A model generated the notes under the pieces. That model saw nothing but the letters and a program-made list of their open reading frames with translations, did no database searches and was not told the DNA's origin. Shown here one piece after another: positions 56,690 through 64,000 of a stretch of DNA of 64,000 nt. Positions within the stretch are counted from its first letter, which is position 1. The number at the start of each line of letters is the position of its first letter. The DNA is from Syntrophales bacterium (GTDB taxonomy: Bacteria; Desulfobacterota; Syntrophia; Syntrophales; UBA2185). The stretch lies in contig JBKQQP010000029.1 of NCBI GenBank assembly GCA_052144335.1, positions 159,950 to 223,949 on the forward strand, in the 5' to 3' direction. Made by a program: the position numbers and the translations under genes.

Positions 56690-56725
56690 GTGTGATAAAG
56701 AGAGAATCATAAGGAGATTCGTAAG

Positions 56726-57031
56726 ATGAAAATTTCTAAAGTCGATGATGCCGCGATCCAGGCTCTTCAGCAGTACCAGAAAGCCGAGAAGGTGCAGGAA
56801 GGATCGAGCCAGCAGGTTGGCGGAAGTGCGGCACCAGAGGAGAAAGTAAATCTTTCCACCAAGGCAAGAGATATCCAGCAATTGGGTGACGCTGTCAGCC
56901 AGCTTCCTGACGTTCGCGAAGATAAGGTTAGCGAATTGAAGGATAAGGTTGATAAGGGCGCTTATGATGCAAATGGACAGAAAATTGCTGAGAAAATGGT
57001 GTCAGAGTCTCTTTTAGATATTTTTGCTTAA
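56726..57031 (+). CDS. flgM: Anti-sigma28 factor FlgM
   Basis: 101 aa. EKVNLSTKARDIQ and the C-terminal VREDKVSELKDKVDKGAYDANGQKIAEKMV are typical of FlgM. Confidence 0.9.
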   Translation: MKISKVDDAAIQALQQYQKAEKVQEGSSQQVGGSAAPEEKVNLSTKARDIQQLGDAVSQLPDVREDKVSELKDKVDKGAYDANGQKIAEKMVSESLLDIFA

Positions 57032-57096
57032 AAAAATCTTTCCATTTTCTTCAGATATTTCATCCTTAAGAGCCCGCCGCATCATTTGTGTAGACT

Positions 57097-57112
57097 AGGG
57101 TTATATAACCCT
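57097..57112. promoter_or_regulatory. Perfect 16-bp palindrome AGGGTTATATAACCCT
   Basis: Read directly. Lies 65 nt after the flgM stop and 44 nt upstream of the flgN sigma54 promoter. Confidence 0.4.
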
Positions 57113-57155
57113 GGTTTACAGAACAGCTGAGATTGTATAGACCTGCGAATATATT

Positions 57156-57171
57156 TGGTTTTGTCGTTGCG
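57156..57171 (+). promoter_or_regulatory. sigma54 -24/-12 promoter candidate (TGGTTTTGTCGTTGCG)
   Basis: Exact spacing, 88 nt upstream of flgN. Matches the promoter at 51949 at 14 of 16 positions. Confidence 0.6.
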
Positions 57172-57258
57172 AACGGGAATAACCGTATTGCTTAGGCTCC
57201 TTCTCAATAACATTAAAAGCGATCTTTTTGAAGTTTTAAGACGATTATATATTAGGAT

Positions 57259-57804
57259 ATGGATATGATACAGCAGAACATTGGCCTTTATACAGATGAA
57301 TTGCCAGCGCTTCTCGATTCACTGATAATTCTCCTGAAGAGGGAAATAGTGATTTATAGAGAGCTTCAGTCTGCAATCTCACATGAAAAGATAATATTAA
57401 TGAAACCCTCCCTCGAAAGGCTCCTCGAAAGTAACAGCAAGAAGGAAACTGTAATACTGAAAGCGAAAATGTTGGAAGAGGGGAGATTAAATCTTGTCAA
57501 AAAAATAGCAAAAGTACTCGATCTCGAAGAAAATGAAATCAATCTGACTGTTTTGTGTTCTTATGCGGATACTGATCAAAAGAAATATCTACAGGAGTGC
57601 CAGTCTATATTGGGCGGTCTCCTCGCTAAGAGCCGGGAGATGAATAGAAACAATAAGGGATTGATTGATTACTCTCGCCATTTTTTGCAGGGCTCCATCG
57701 ATTTTATTCACAGTCTCCTCTCTTCCACTTCGGCCTGCTATATGCCTTCGGGGAAAATGAGGCCGGTTGCACGGAATGGAAGGATGATACAAACAAAAGG
57801 GTGA
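57259..57804 (+). CDS. flgN: Flagellar export chaperone FlgN family protein
   Basis: 181-aa helical protein positioned between flgM and flgK. The N-terminal L..L..LL..E...Y..L pattern is typical of FlgN. Confidence 0.75.
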   Translation: MDMIQQNIGLYTDELPALLDSLIILLKREIVIYRELQSAISHEKIILMKPSLERLLESNSKKETVILKAKMLEEGRLNLVKKIAKVLDLEENEINLTVLCSYADTDQKKYLQECQSILGGLLAKSREMNRNNKGLIDYSRHFLQGSIDFIHSLLSSTSACYMPSGKMRPVARNGRMIQTKG

Positions 57805-57807
57805 ACC

Positions 57808-59496
57808 ATGGGAAATATCAGTAGTGTCTTAAATATTGCGAGGGATGCAATTTTAGCCAACACAACTGCTCTTAATGTTACTGGGTCCAATATTGCCAAC
57901 GCTAATACAACAGGTTACTCCATGTTGGTTCCAGAATTTGGCTCTATAGGTGTCTTTAGTGATGATGGAAGTCAGGAGCAGGCCGGGGTCCAGATTACAT
58001 CCATAGAAAGGATGAACAATAAATATCTCGATGCCCAGGAGATTCAGCAGGAGCCGAACGGGGCGTACAGTCAAGCTCAATTGAATGTCTTGAATGACGT
58101 GCAGAGTATTTTCAATGAAAGCAGCACTGGGGGCATCAATAGCTTGTTATCGCAATTCTGGAGTGCCTGGTCGCAAGTGTCCTCAAATCCCACCGACCTT
58201 ACTGAACGGGACAACCTGGTATCCGTATCTCAGAGCCTTGCTTCCACGTTCAATCAGAACGCGAACGAACTCATTCAGATCCAGAGTGATACAAATAATC
58301 AAATTTCTGACACTGTGACGCAACTGAATGGTTACCTTGCCCAAGTGGCCGATTTAAATAGTCAGATTACTTCGGCTCAGGCGGCAGGCAACAACGCGCC
58401 GAGTCTGGAGGATCAAAGATACACACTTTTGCAGAACATCAGCAAGATCGTACAAGTGAATTACAATGAAGATGCAAACGGTGCAATGGATATTTATATT
58501 TCCAACGGCAAACCACTTGTAGACGGTTCCACCGTCTACAAGCTTGGCGTGCAAGCCAACTCGAATAACTCGAATTACTATGATGTTGTTTTCCAGAACG
58601 CGCCGACGGTAGCTATCAATGCCAACCTGCAAGGGGGAACACTGGCCGGGCTCCTAGACGTTAGAGATACGGATGTTGGCGGTTGTCTTCATAACCTTAA
58701 TAAGTTAGCAGCGGCAATAGTCAGCAGTGTCAACACTCAGAGCAGCTCGGGCTACGATCTGAATGGCAATGCCGGAGGTAACTTCTTTGCTCCAGCAGGG
58801 GTGGGTTCCCCTGTAGCGGCTGGCGGGAACGGCTATACAGGTACGGTGACTGCCGGAGGGGCTTATACGGGGAATACCAGCACAACCTACGAAGTGCAAA
58901 TTATGAGCGGCGGGGCGCTTGGAACTGCAACCTATGAAGTTTCATCCGACGACGGTCAGACTTGGGGAAGTGCCCAGCAAATGCCCACGAGCGGAAATAT
59001 AACACTGGGTGACGGAATAACCTTAAACTTTGCCGCGGGCACCTTTAGTGCTGGCGATGTATTCAGTGTTAATGCATCTTCTGCCGCGGCGAATATGCAG
59101 GTAGATCCGGGCATTGTTGCTGATGTGACGAAGATTGCCGCATCAGCCACTGTCAATCAAGACGGCGACAATGCCGGTTCGATTGCTGACATCCAGAATC
59201 AGAACAACTCATCATTGGGTGGCATAACAATAGATAATTATTATGATTCTCTTGAGACAAAAATCGGCCAGGATGTCTCAAATGCACAAAACAATAACGA
59301 CCAGCAAACTGCCATCCTGAGCCAGATAGATAATCAGAGACAAGCCGTTTCAGGTGTTTCCCTTGATGAACAGATGATGAATTTGATCCAGTATGAGACC
59401 GCTTACAATGCCGCGGGTAGACTAACAGAGGTTGCCAATACGATGTTTGGTACCATAATTAATTTAGGGATAGACACGGCCATAACCACCACATGA
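57808..59496 (+). CDS. flgK: Flagellar hook-associated protein 1, FlgK
   Basis: N-terminus ALNVTGSNIANANTTGY. C-terminus VSLDEQMMNLIQYETAYNAAGRL. Confidence 0.95.
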   Translation: MGNISSVLNIARDAILANTTALNVTGSNIANANTTGYSMLVPEFGSIGVFSDDGSQEQAGVQITSIERMNNKYLDAQEIQQEPNGAYSQAQLNVLNDVQSIFNESSTGGINSLLSQFWSAWSQVSSNPTDLTERDNLVSVSQSLASTFNQNANELIQIQSDTNNQISDTVTQLNGYLAQVADLNSQITSAQAAGNNAPSLEDQRYTLLQNISKIVQVNYNEDANGAMDIYISNGKPLVDGSTVYKLGVQANSNNSNYYDVVFQNAPTVAINANLQGGTLAGLLDVRDTDVGGCLHNLNKLAAAIVSSVNTQSSSGYDLNGNAGGNFFAPAGVGSPVAAGGNGYTGTVTAGGAYTGNTSTTYEVQIMSGGALGTATYEVSSDDGQTWGSAQQMPTSGNITLGDGITLNFAAGTFSAGDVFSVNASSAAANMQVDPGIVADVTKIAASATVNQDGDNAGSIADIQNQNNSSLGGITIDNYYDSLETKIGQDVSNAQNNNDQQTAILSQIDNQRQAVSGVSLDEQMMNLIQYETAYNAAGRLTEVANTMFGTIINLGIDTAITTT

Positions 59497-59561
59497 GGTT
59501 CATGTTTTTGTTGAGATTATGGACACTTTTATTGATTTAGGCAGGTGCAGGGGGTAGGATT

Positions 59562-60761
59562 ATGATTACACGCGTTACAAATCAAATGATGACCGATTTA
59601 CTGAATAACAGTATGTCCACCGTTGACACCCAGTATTATAATTCAATAGAGGAAATGTCTTCAGGGAAGCAGATTAACAGTCCGTCTGATAATCCCATCG
59701 GTTTTGGTCAGATTCTCAGTTACAGGAGTGGGTTGGCGCAGATCAGTAATTACCAACAAAATATTAGCAGCAATAACTCATGGCTTTCTGCCACAGAATC
59801 GGCTTTGACACAAGTGAACGATATTTTGACAAGTATTAAAACAACGGCGATCTCACAGGCCAATGCGACGGCGAGCGCTTCAACGAGACAGGACGCAGCT
59901 GATTCCCTTCAGCAGCAAATCGAACAGATCCTTTCTCTTGCTAATTCACAATCCGGAAACAGTTATATCTTCGCCGGTACAAGTACAGATGCAGCGCCAT
60001 TTTCTGCAACGGCAAGGTCAGCTACCGAATATACTGTCACCCCGGCAAGTGAAAACACTTATAGCAGTACGGTAGATACCTCAGGAGGCACTTACTCAGG
60101 CAATGTGAATAATGCCTATGTAATTAAAATTGTGCAAGGCGGGACGCTTGGAACTGCAACCTATGAAGTTTCATCAGACGGTGGCAAGACGTGGGGGAAT
60201 ACACAGACAATGCCCGCGAGCGGAAGTATCGCAATAGGTGACGGAATGAACTTGACATTCCCTGCCGGCACCTTTGCGGCTAACGATGTCTTCACTGTCA
60301 ATGCATATGCAGCCGGCTATTACAACGGTAACGGTGCAGAACTTTCCAATGAAGTTAACAATGGTGTCACAAGTAATTACAGTATCACGGGAGAAGAGGC
60401 GTTCACAGATCAGCAGGGCAACGGTACTGTTGATATTTTCACGGTATTAAACCAGTTGCAAACAGCACTGCAGAACAATGACACAACAGGCATAACGAAT
60501 TCACTTGATTCCCTCACTAGTGCTGGTGATCAAATTACCCGTTATATTGCGCAATGTGGCACCAGGGAGAACTCTCTGACTACCGCAGGGAACGTACTTA
60601 CTGATATGAATACACAGCTAACGACCGATAACTCGAATATCGAAGATGCTGATGTGGCAACGCTCGAAACAACTATTCAGCAGCAGCAATTGGCCTTAGA
60701 AGCTATTTACAAAACAGCAAGCGATGTAGAGAGCATGTCAATCCTTAATTTCCTTCAATAG
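59562..60761 (+). CDS. flgL: Flagellar hook-associated protein 3, FlgL
   Basis: N-terminus MITRVTNQMM...SSGKQINSPSDNP (flagellin_N type) and C-terminus IEDADVATLETTIQQQQLALEA. Confidence 0.9.
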   Translation: MITRVTNQMMTDLLNNSMSTVDTQYYNSIEEMSSGKQINSPSDNPIGFGQILSYRSGLAQISNYQQNISSNNSWLSATESALTQVNDILTSIKTTAISQANATASASTRQDAADSLQQQIEQILSLANSQSGNSYIFAGTSTDAAPFSATARSATEYTVTPASENTYSSTVDTSGGTYSGNVNNAYVIKIVQGGTLGTATYEVSSDGGKTWGNTQTMPASGSIAIGDGMNLTFPAGTFAANDVFTVNAYAAGYYNGNGAELSNEVNNGVTSNYSITGEEAFTDQQGNGTVDIFTVLNQLQTALQNNDTTGITNSLDSLTSAGDQITRYIAQCGTRENSLTTAGNVLTDMNTQLTTDNSNIEDADVATLETTIQQQQLALEAIYKTASDVESMSILNFLQ

Positions 60762-60794
60762 GAAGGATGATTCCATATATAATAAGAGGGTATG

Positions 60795-61058
60795 ATGTTA
60801 ATCCTGACACGGAAGTTGGGTGAGTCGATAACGATCGGTGATGATATTAGGATTACCTTTCTCGAAGCAAAGGGAAGACAGGTCAGGATTGGAATTGAGG
60901 CCCCACCCCATATTGCCGTTCATCGTGAGGAAATATATCAGCTCATCAGGGAACAGAATATCAAGGCTGCAAAGGGAGACAGTGTAGAGAAGGATACTTT
61001 GCCCGATATTTTGAAAGGGTTGAGAAATTTGCTTTTAAAGGATCAACAACTGTTTTAA
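60795..61058 (+). CDS. csrA: Carbon storage regulator CsrA (long C-terminal tail, FliW-partner type)
   Basis: Contains [48 protein letters not shown]. Adjacent to fliW. Confidence 0.95.
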   Translation: MLILTRKLGESITIGDDIRITFLEAKGRQVRIGIEAPPHIAVHREEIYQLIREQNIKAAKGDSVEKDTLPDILKGLRNLLLKDQQLF

Positions 61059-61109
61059 AAATACCATAATTACTGGTTCGCAGATATACTTAGCGGGGAG
61101 ATTTGTATA

Positions 61110-61604
61110 GTGAATATAACTACCAGCCGATTTGGGGAGATCGATGTAGATGAATCCAAGATCATTGATATGCGGGGAGGGATCCTGGGTTTTGAACATC
61201 TGAAGAAATACATATTGCATTTGCAGGATGAAAATAACCCGTTCTGGTGGTTCCAGTCACTTGAAGATGGCAAGGTTGCCTTTGTCGTGATCAATCCATT
61301 TATCACAAAAGCTGACTATGAGCCGGTCATAGACGATAATGATACGAAACTCCTCGAAATGGAAAATGCAGAGCATGTGGTAATGCTGGCGATTGTGACC
61401 ATCCTTCACAGCCCTTTTTCGGTGTCTATCAACCTCAGGGCGCCTATAGTGATCAATACAGAAAAAAAGATTGCTAAACAGGTTGTCCTCGAAGATCAGA
61501 CGTATCCTGTTCGGTATTACCTGACAGCAGCTGGTTCTCACGACGAGGCTTCTGCAGACGGAGATAATAAAAGACGGAATAAAGTTAAGGCAGCTTCCCT
61601 GTGA
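61110..61604 (+). CDS. fliW: Flagellar assembly factor FliW
   Basis: GTG start with a GGGGAG RBS. Contains I.TSRFGEIDVDESKIIDMRGGILGFEHLKKYIL and LRAPIVINTEKKIAKQVVLED. Confidence 0.9.
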   Translation: MNITTSRFGEIDVDESKIIDMRGGILGFEHLKKYILHLQDENNPFWWFQSLEDGKVAFVVINPFITKADYEPVIDDNDTKLLEMENAEHVVMLAIVTILHSPFSVSINLRAPIVINTEKKIAKQVVLEDQTYPVRYYLTAAGSHDEASADGDNKRRNKVKAASL

Positions 61605-61640
61605 AAAGAAGGTATGATCAATATGGTGCGGCGCTATTCT

Positions 61641-61991
61641 TTAAGCAGGACGGTTAAAAATAATGCCGATTAGCTCTCCCAGTTTCGTATATAAATTTTG
61701 AAGGTCTTCGGGGGGGATTTCTCGTATAACCTTTCCCGTATCTTTATCTGTAACGATTACACTTATGTCATTATTTTTGTCCCCGTATGTTGAGAAGCTC
61801 ACACTGATATTCATGGATTGAACCTCATTCTGAATTTGCTGGAGCGCTTGGTTTACTGCTTCAGAGCTCATAGGTTGGGATTCTTCAGGCGTCTGTCCTG
61901 GGGGCCGGTTATTTCCAGATACTGAACCCTGCAACGAAATTCTGGGCACAATTGACCCCGCCCGATTTATGTTTGAAATAGCCATATCCAT
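61641..61991 (-). CDS. flaG: Flagellar protein FlaG
   Basis: 116 aa. The C-terminus VIVTDKDTGKVIREIPPEDLQNLYTKLGEL is the FlaG signature. Confidence 0.85.
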   Translation of the reverse strand: MDMAISNINRAGSIVPRISLQGSVSGNNRPPGQTPEESQPMSSEAVNQALQQIQNEVQSMNISVSFSTYGDKNNDISVIVTDKDTGKVIREIPPEDLQNLYTKLGELIGIIFNRPA

Positions 61992-62027
61992 TTTTACCTC
62001 AATGCTACTCCTCTCCTTTTATTACAT

Positions 62028-62054
62028 ATATCGGCATTTCTACGAAAAACTTTA
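62028..62054 (-). promoter_or_regulatory. sigma28 (FliA) promoter candidate: TAAAGTTT-N11-GCCGATAT
   Basis: Reverse complement of 62028-62054, about 37 nt upstream of the flaG ATG. The leader carries AAGGAGAGGAG. Confidence 0.75.
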
Positions 62055-62214
62055 TAGCCTTTAGCTCAGATTCAACGACAGAGGTTTTTATAAGAAATAG
62101 CCTGTAAATCAGCTAGATACAGAGCTCGTTTGTGACATGATGAGAGCGATAAAGCAGTAAAATTTTCTTAAAGAGGCAGGCATGGATTTTCAGATTGGAT
62201 TTACGGATAACAGA

Positions 62215-62880
62215 TATTACCGTGGAGCGGGATGAGCCGATCAGTTACATTATTGCGGCCAGGCTGTACAAGCCAGTGCAGATGAAGGTTGCCGGGCAGA
62301 AGACGTGATTTGTGGTGGATAATGTGATCAAAATAGGGGAGACGGGATATTTGGGTGCAGAGTTAGAAGGTGCGGAGTATGGTTATCATCAGGCAGCAGA
62401 TACACTGAGGAACTAAAGCTGCGGGAAAGAAGTTGAGACTTTTTCAAGACAGAGACATGCACAACAATTACCGCTATGAGTGTTTCATTACAAATATGAC
62501 GTCGCCTGCGCAGCAGGTGTGGAATCTCTATCGGCATCGGGCAGATGCGGAGAACCGTATAAGGGAACTCAAGTGTGATTTTGGTTTTGACAGTTTTAAT
62601 ATACAGAGTTTCTAAGGCAGTGAGAGGCAGCTTTGAACATGGTCATGATGGCCTATAATCTGATAAGTCTTTCGGCAAGTGGTAATGAGGGAACAAGATA
62701 CGAGCGAAGCTTTCGACACTGCGATACAAATTTTTTGCAATAGGCGAATACATGGTGAAAGAAGGCAATAGCCGCATTTTGAAATTATCTTTGACTATGA
62801 AACGGAGGGCTTGGTTTCTAGGGCTTTGGGAAAAGCATCCCCGTTTGCCATACTCGTTTCCTTCTCTCCACCCTATTGCG
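62215..62880 (+). pseudogene. IS1380-family (DDE group 1) transposase relic, frameshifted with internal stops
   Basis: Fragments lie in three frames: ISYIIAARLYKPVQMKV; YRYECFITNMTSPAQQVWNLYRHRADAENRIRELKCDFGFDSF; MVMMAYNLISLFRQ; LSTLRYKFFAIGEYMVKEGNSRILKLSL. They follow the order expected for the C-terminal two thirds of such transposases. The ends are approximate and no terminal repeats were identified. Confidence 0.65.
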
Positions 62881-63203
62881 TAATCTGGGTTCAGCCATAA
62901 CGCTTCGAGAATTTTGGGCCCACAAAAGAGGCCCGTCTGAATCATGCCGAAAGAGCCCCTCGCAGCAGGCGAAAATCGGATTGCTTAACAGGCAGATTGG
63001 CCAACCCGATACACGCTTTCCATTGTCACCGATACCGCACTCGATATTTTGTAGTCAAGATTCAATTGACACACAAGATCATTCCCCATATGCTACATTG
63101 CGAAAAAGCAAAGCCTTATCAATTCGATAAGCGGAATGAGATTTTAAAGATCCTCAACTCGCGCAAAACGATTTCGTCAACGATATAGAAGCAAAAATTA
63201 AGG

Positions 63204-64000
63204 ATGACCATGCCTTCCCTTATTGCACAGATCGAACCGCCCCACGCCGCAGGGGGTGGTGACCATTTCTACCGCGCCTATGCGCCCGGATTGGCTATGG
63301 CACAGGTGGAGGGGGTGTATGTTGTTACTCTGACGAGCCAACACCGCCAAAGGGAAGAGATTGCGGCAGAGGCCGATGTCCTGATCTTGGACAATATCTG
63401 CGATCCGGATTTCCTGCCTTGCATTCAAAAGAGAAGAGAGCAAAGAAAGCAAACATTTTATGAGATTCCGGATGATCTCAAGGCCATCCCGTCCTGGAAT
63501 CCGGTTCACTTCTTTTTTCGAAATACGGAAAATCAGAACTTATATAAAAGATTAGCGGGAAGTTGTGACGGTCTTCAATTCACTTGCAAGCGACTTGAAG
63601 AACTTTATGGTCATCTAAATGCCTGTTGCCGAGTATTTCCCAATCAGGTCTTGGAGCTTCCACCGGAACGATCATTTAGACCGCCTGAACAAATAACTAT
63701 AGGTTGGGGTGGATCGCATGGGCATCTGGAGGACCTAGCTGATATTGCAGAAGCCCTGACTCAATGGATTATCACGCAACCGCGGATTTGTTTGCATCTG
63801 ATGTGTTCTGACTCGATTTGGGATCTGTTTCAAGACCTTCCGCCTGAAAAGAAGAGACGTACTCCGACCGGAACGATTGCAGACTACTATCATTTTTTAT
63901 CCCAGATTGATTTGGGGATTATCCATCTGAAAGACACACCCTATAATCGGGCGCGCTCGGATATCAAGTTCATAGAGCATGCTGCATCAGGGGTGGTTTC
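63204..64000 (+). CDS. Glycosyltransferase-like protein, 3' end outside the window
   Basis: The frame is open from ATG 63204 (or 63210) to the window edge, so it is absent from the ORF track. ITIGWGGSHGHLEDL and RSDIKFIEHAASGVV resemble GT-B type glycosyltransferases. The minus-strand ORF 63198-63509 is its shadow. Confidence 0.55.
   Translation, partial: MTMPSLIAQIEPPHAAGGGDHFYRAYAPGLAMAQVEGVYVVTLTSQHRQREEIAAEADVLILDNICDPDFLPCIQKRREQRKQTFYEIPDDLKAIPSWNPVHFFFRNTENQNLYKRLAGSCDGLQFTCKRLEELYGHLNACCRVFPNQVLELPPERSFRPPEQITIGWGGSHGHLEDLADIAEALTQWIITQPRICLHLMCSDSIWDLFQDLPPEKKRRTPTGTIADYYHFLSQIDLGIIHLKDTPYNRARSDIKFIEHAASGVV

Noticed and set aside
13828-57000. A common TGTCA/TGACA half-site upstream of several sigma54 promoters as a shared enhancer motif.
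   Set aside because: A 5-mer is expected by chance at this frequency in the gaps examined. Only the extended palindromes at 25024 and 57097 are reported.
63198-63509. 103-aa minus-strand ORF at the right end.
   Set aside because: It is the antisense shadow of a longer plus-strand frame (63204 to the window end) that has glycosyltransferase-like motifs and is absent from the track only because it has no stop within the window.
1-64000. Many 60-146 aa ORFs in the six-frame track that lie antisense to or out of frame with the genes called here, e.g. 6282-6722(-), 14738-15175(-), 28618-29013(-), 31141-31500(-), 41932-42351(-), 45275-45706(-), 54436-54855(-).
   Set aside because: Each is fully embedded in a CDS with strong family motifs on the other strand or frame. 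They lack an RBS and have low-complexity or Cys/Arg/Ser-skewed composition typical of shadow ORFs.
1-64000. Search for CRISPR arrays, tRNA genes (GGTTCGAATCC-type T-arms) and rRNA genes.
   Set aside because: I saw no regularly spaced direct repeats and no tRNA-like or rRNA-like segments. This was a scan by eye, and tRNAscan/Infernal would be decisive.

Overview
Chromosomal segment of a Gram-negative bacterium. Gene content and order look Desulfobacterota/Deltaproteobacteria-like, but the taxon is inference only. There are three blocks. (1) 1-7.5 kb holds epmB-efp-epmA (EF-P beta-lysylation) and a complete tolQ-tolR-tolA-tolB-pal-cpoB cluster. (2) 7.5-24.6 kb holds a minus-strand envelope operon (ctpA, yibQ-like, TPR lipoprotein, LolB-like lipoprotein) and a bactofilin gene pair. 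It also holds a MotE/YlxF-like protein fused to a SPOR domain, a REC-GAF-HD-GYP response regulator, two sigma54 enhancer-binding response regulators, and an exported TPR protein with a soluble PAS histidine kinase. (3) 25.2-62 kb is an almost uninterrupted plus-strand flagellar regulon: flgBC fliEFGHIJ ylxF-like fliK flgDE | fliLMNOPQR flhBAFG fliA | seven accessory genes | flgFGAHI flgJ(N-domain only) | flgM | flgNKL csrA fliW, with a convergent flaG. The gene order is Bacillus-like, yet L- and P-ring genes are present. Eight sigma54 (-24/-12) and three sigma28 promoter matches can be read directly, suggesting a three-tier cascade. The window contains no flagellin, fliD, fliS, motAB or che genes, and I saw no tRNA, rRNA or CRISPR. 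The right end carries a frameshifted IS1380-like transposase relic and the 5' part of a glycosyltransferase-like gene. I see no defence island or clearly novel enzymatic system. The most unusual items are: an Asp-box module shared between flgK and flgL with a 31-nt identical core; the sigma54-driven MotE-like-SPOR fusion beside bactofilin; a sigma28-driven micro-ORF plus HD-GYP operon; and the poorly characterised gene block between fliA and flgF, which includes a FliK-C-like/FlhB-C-like pair. All domain calls rest on motif recognition by eye, not on database searches.
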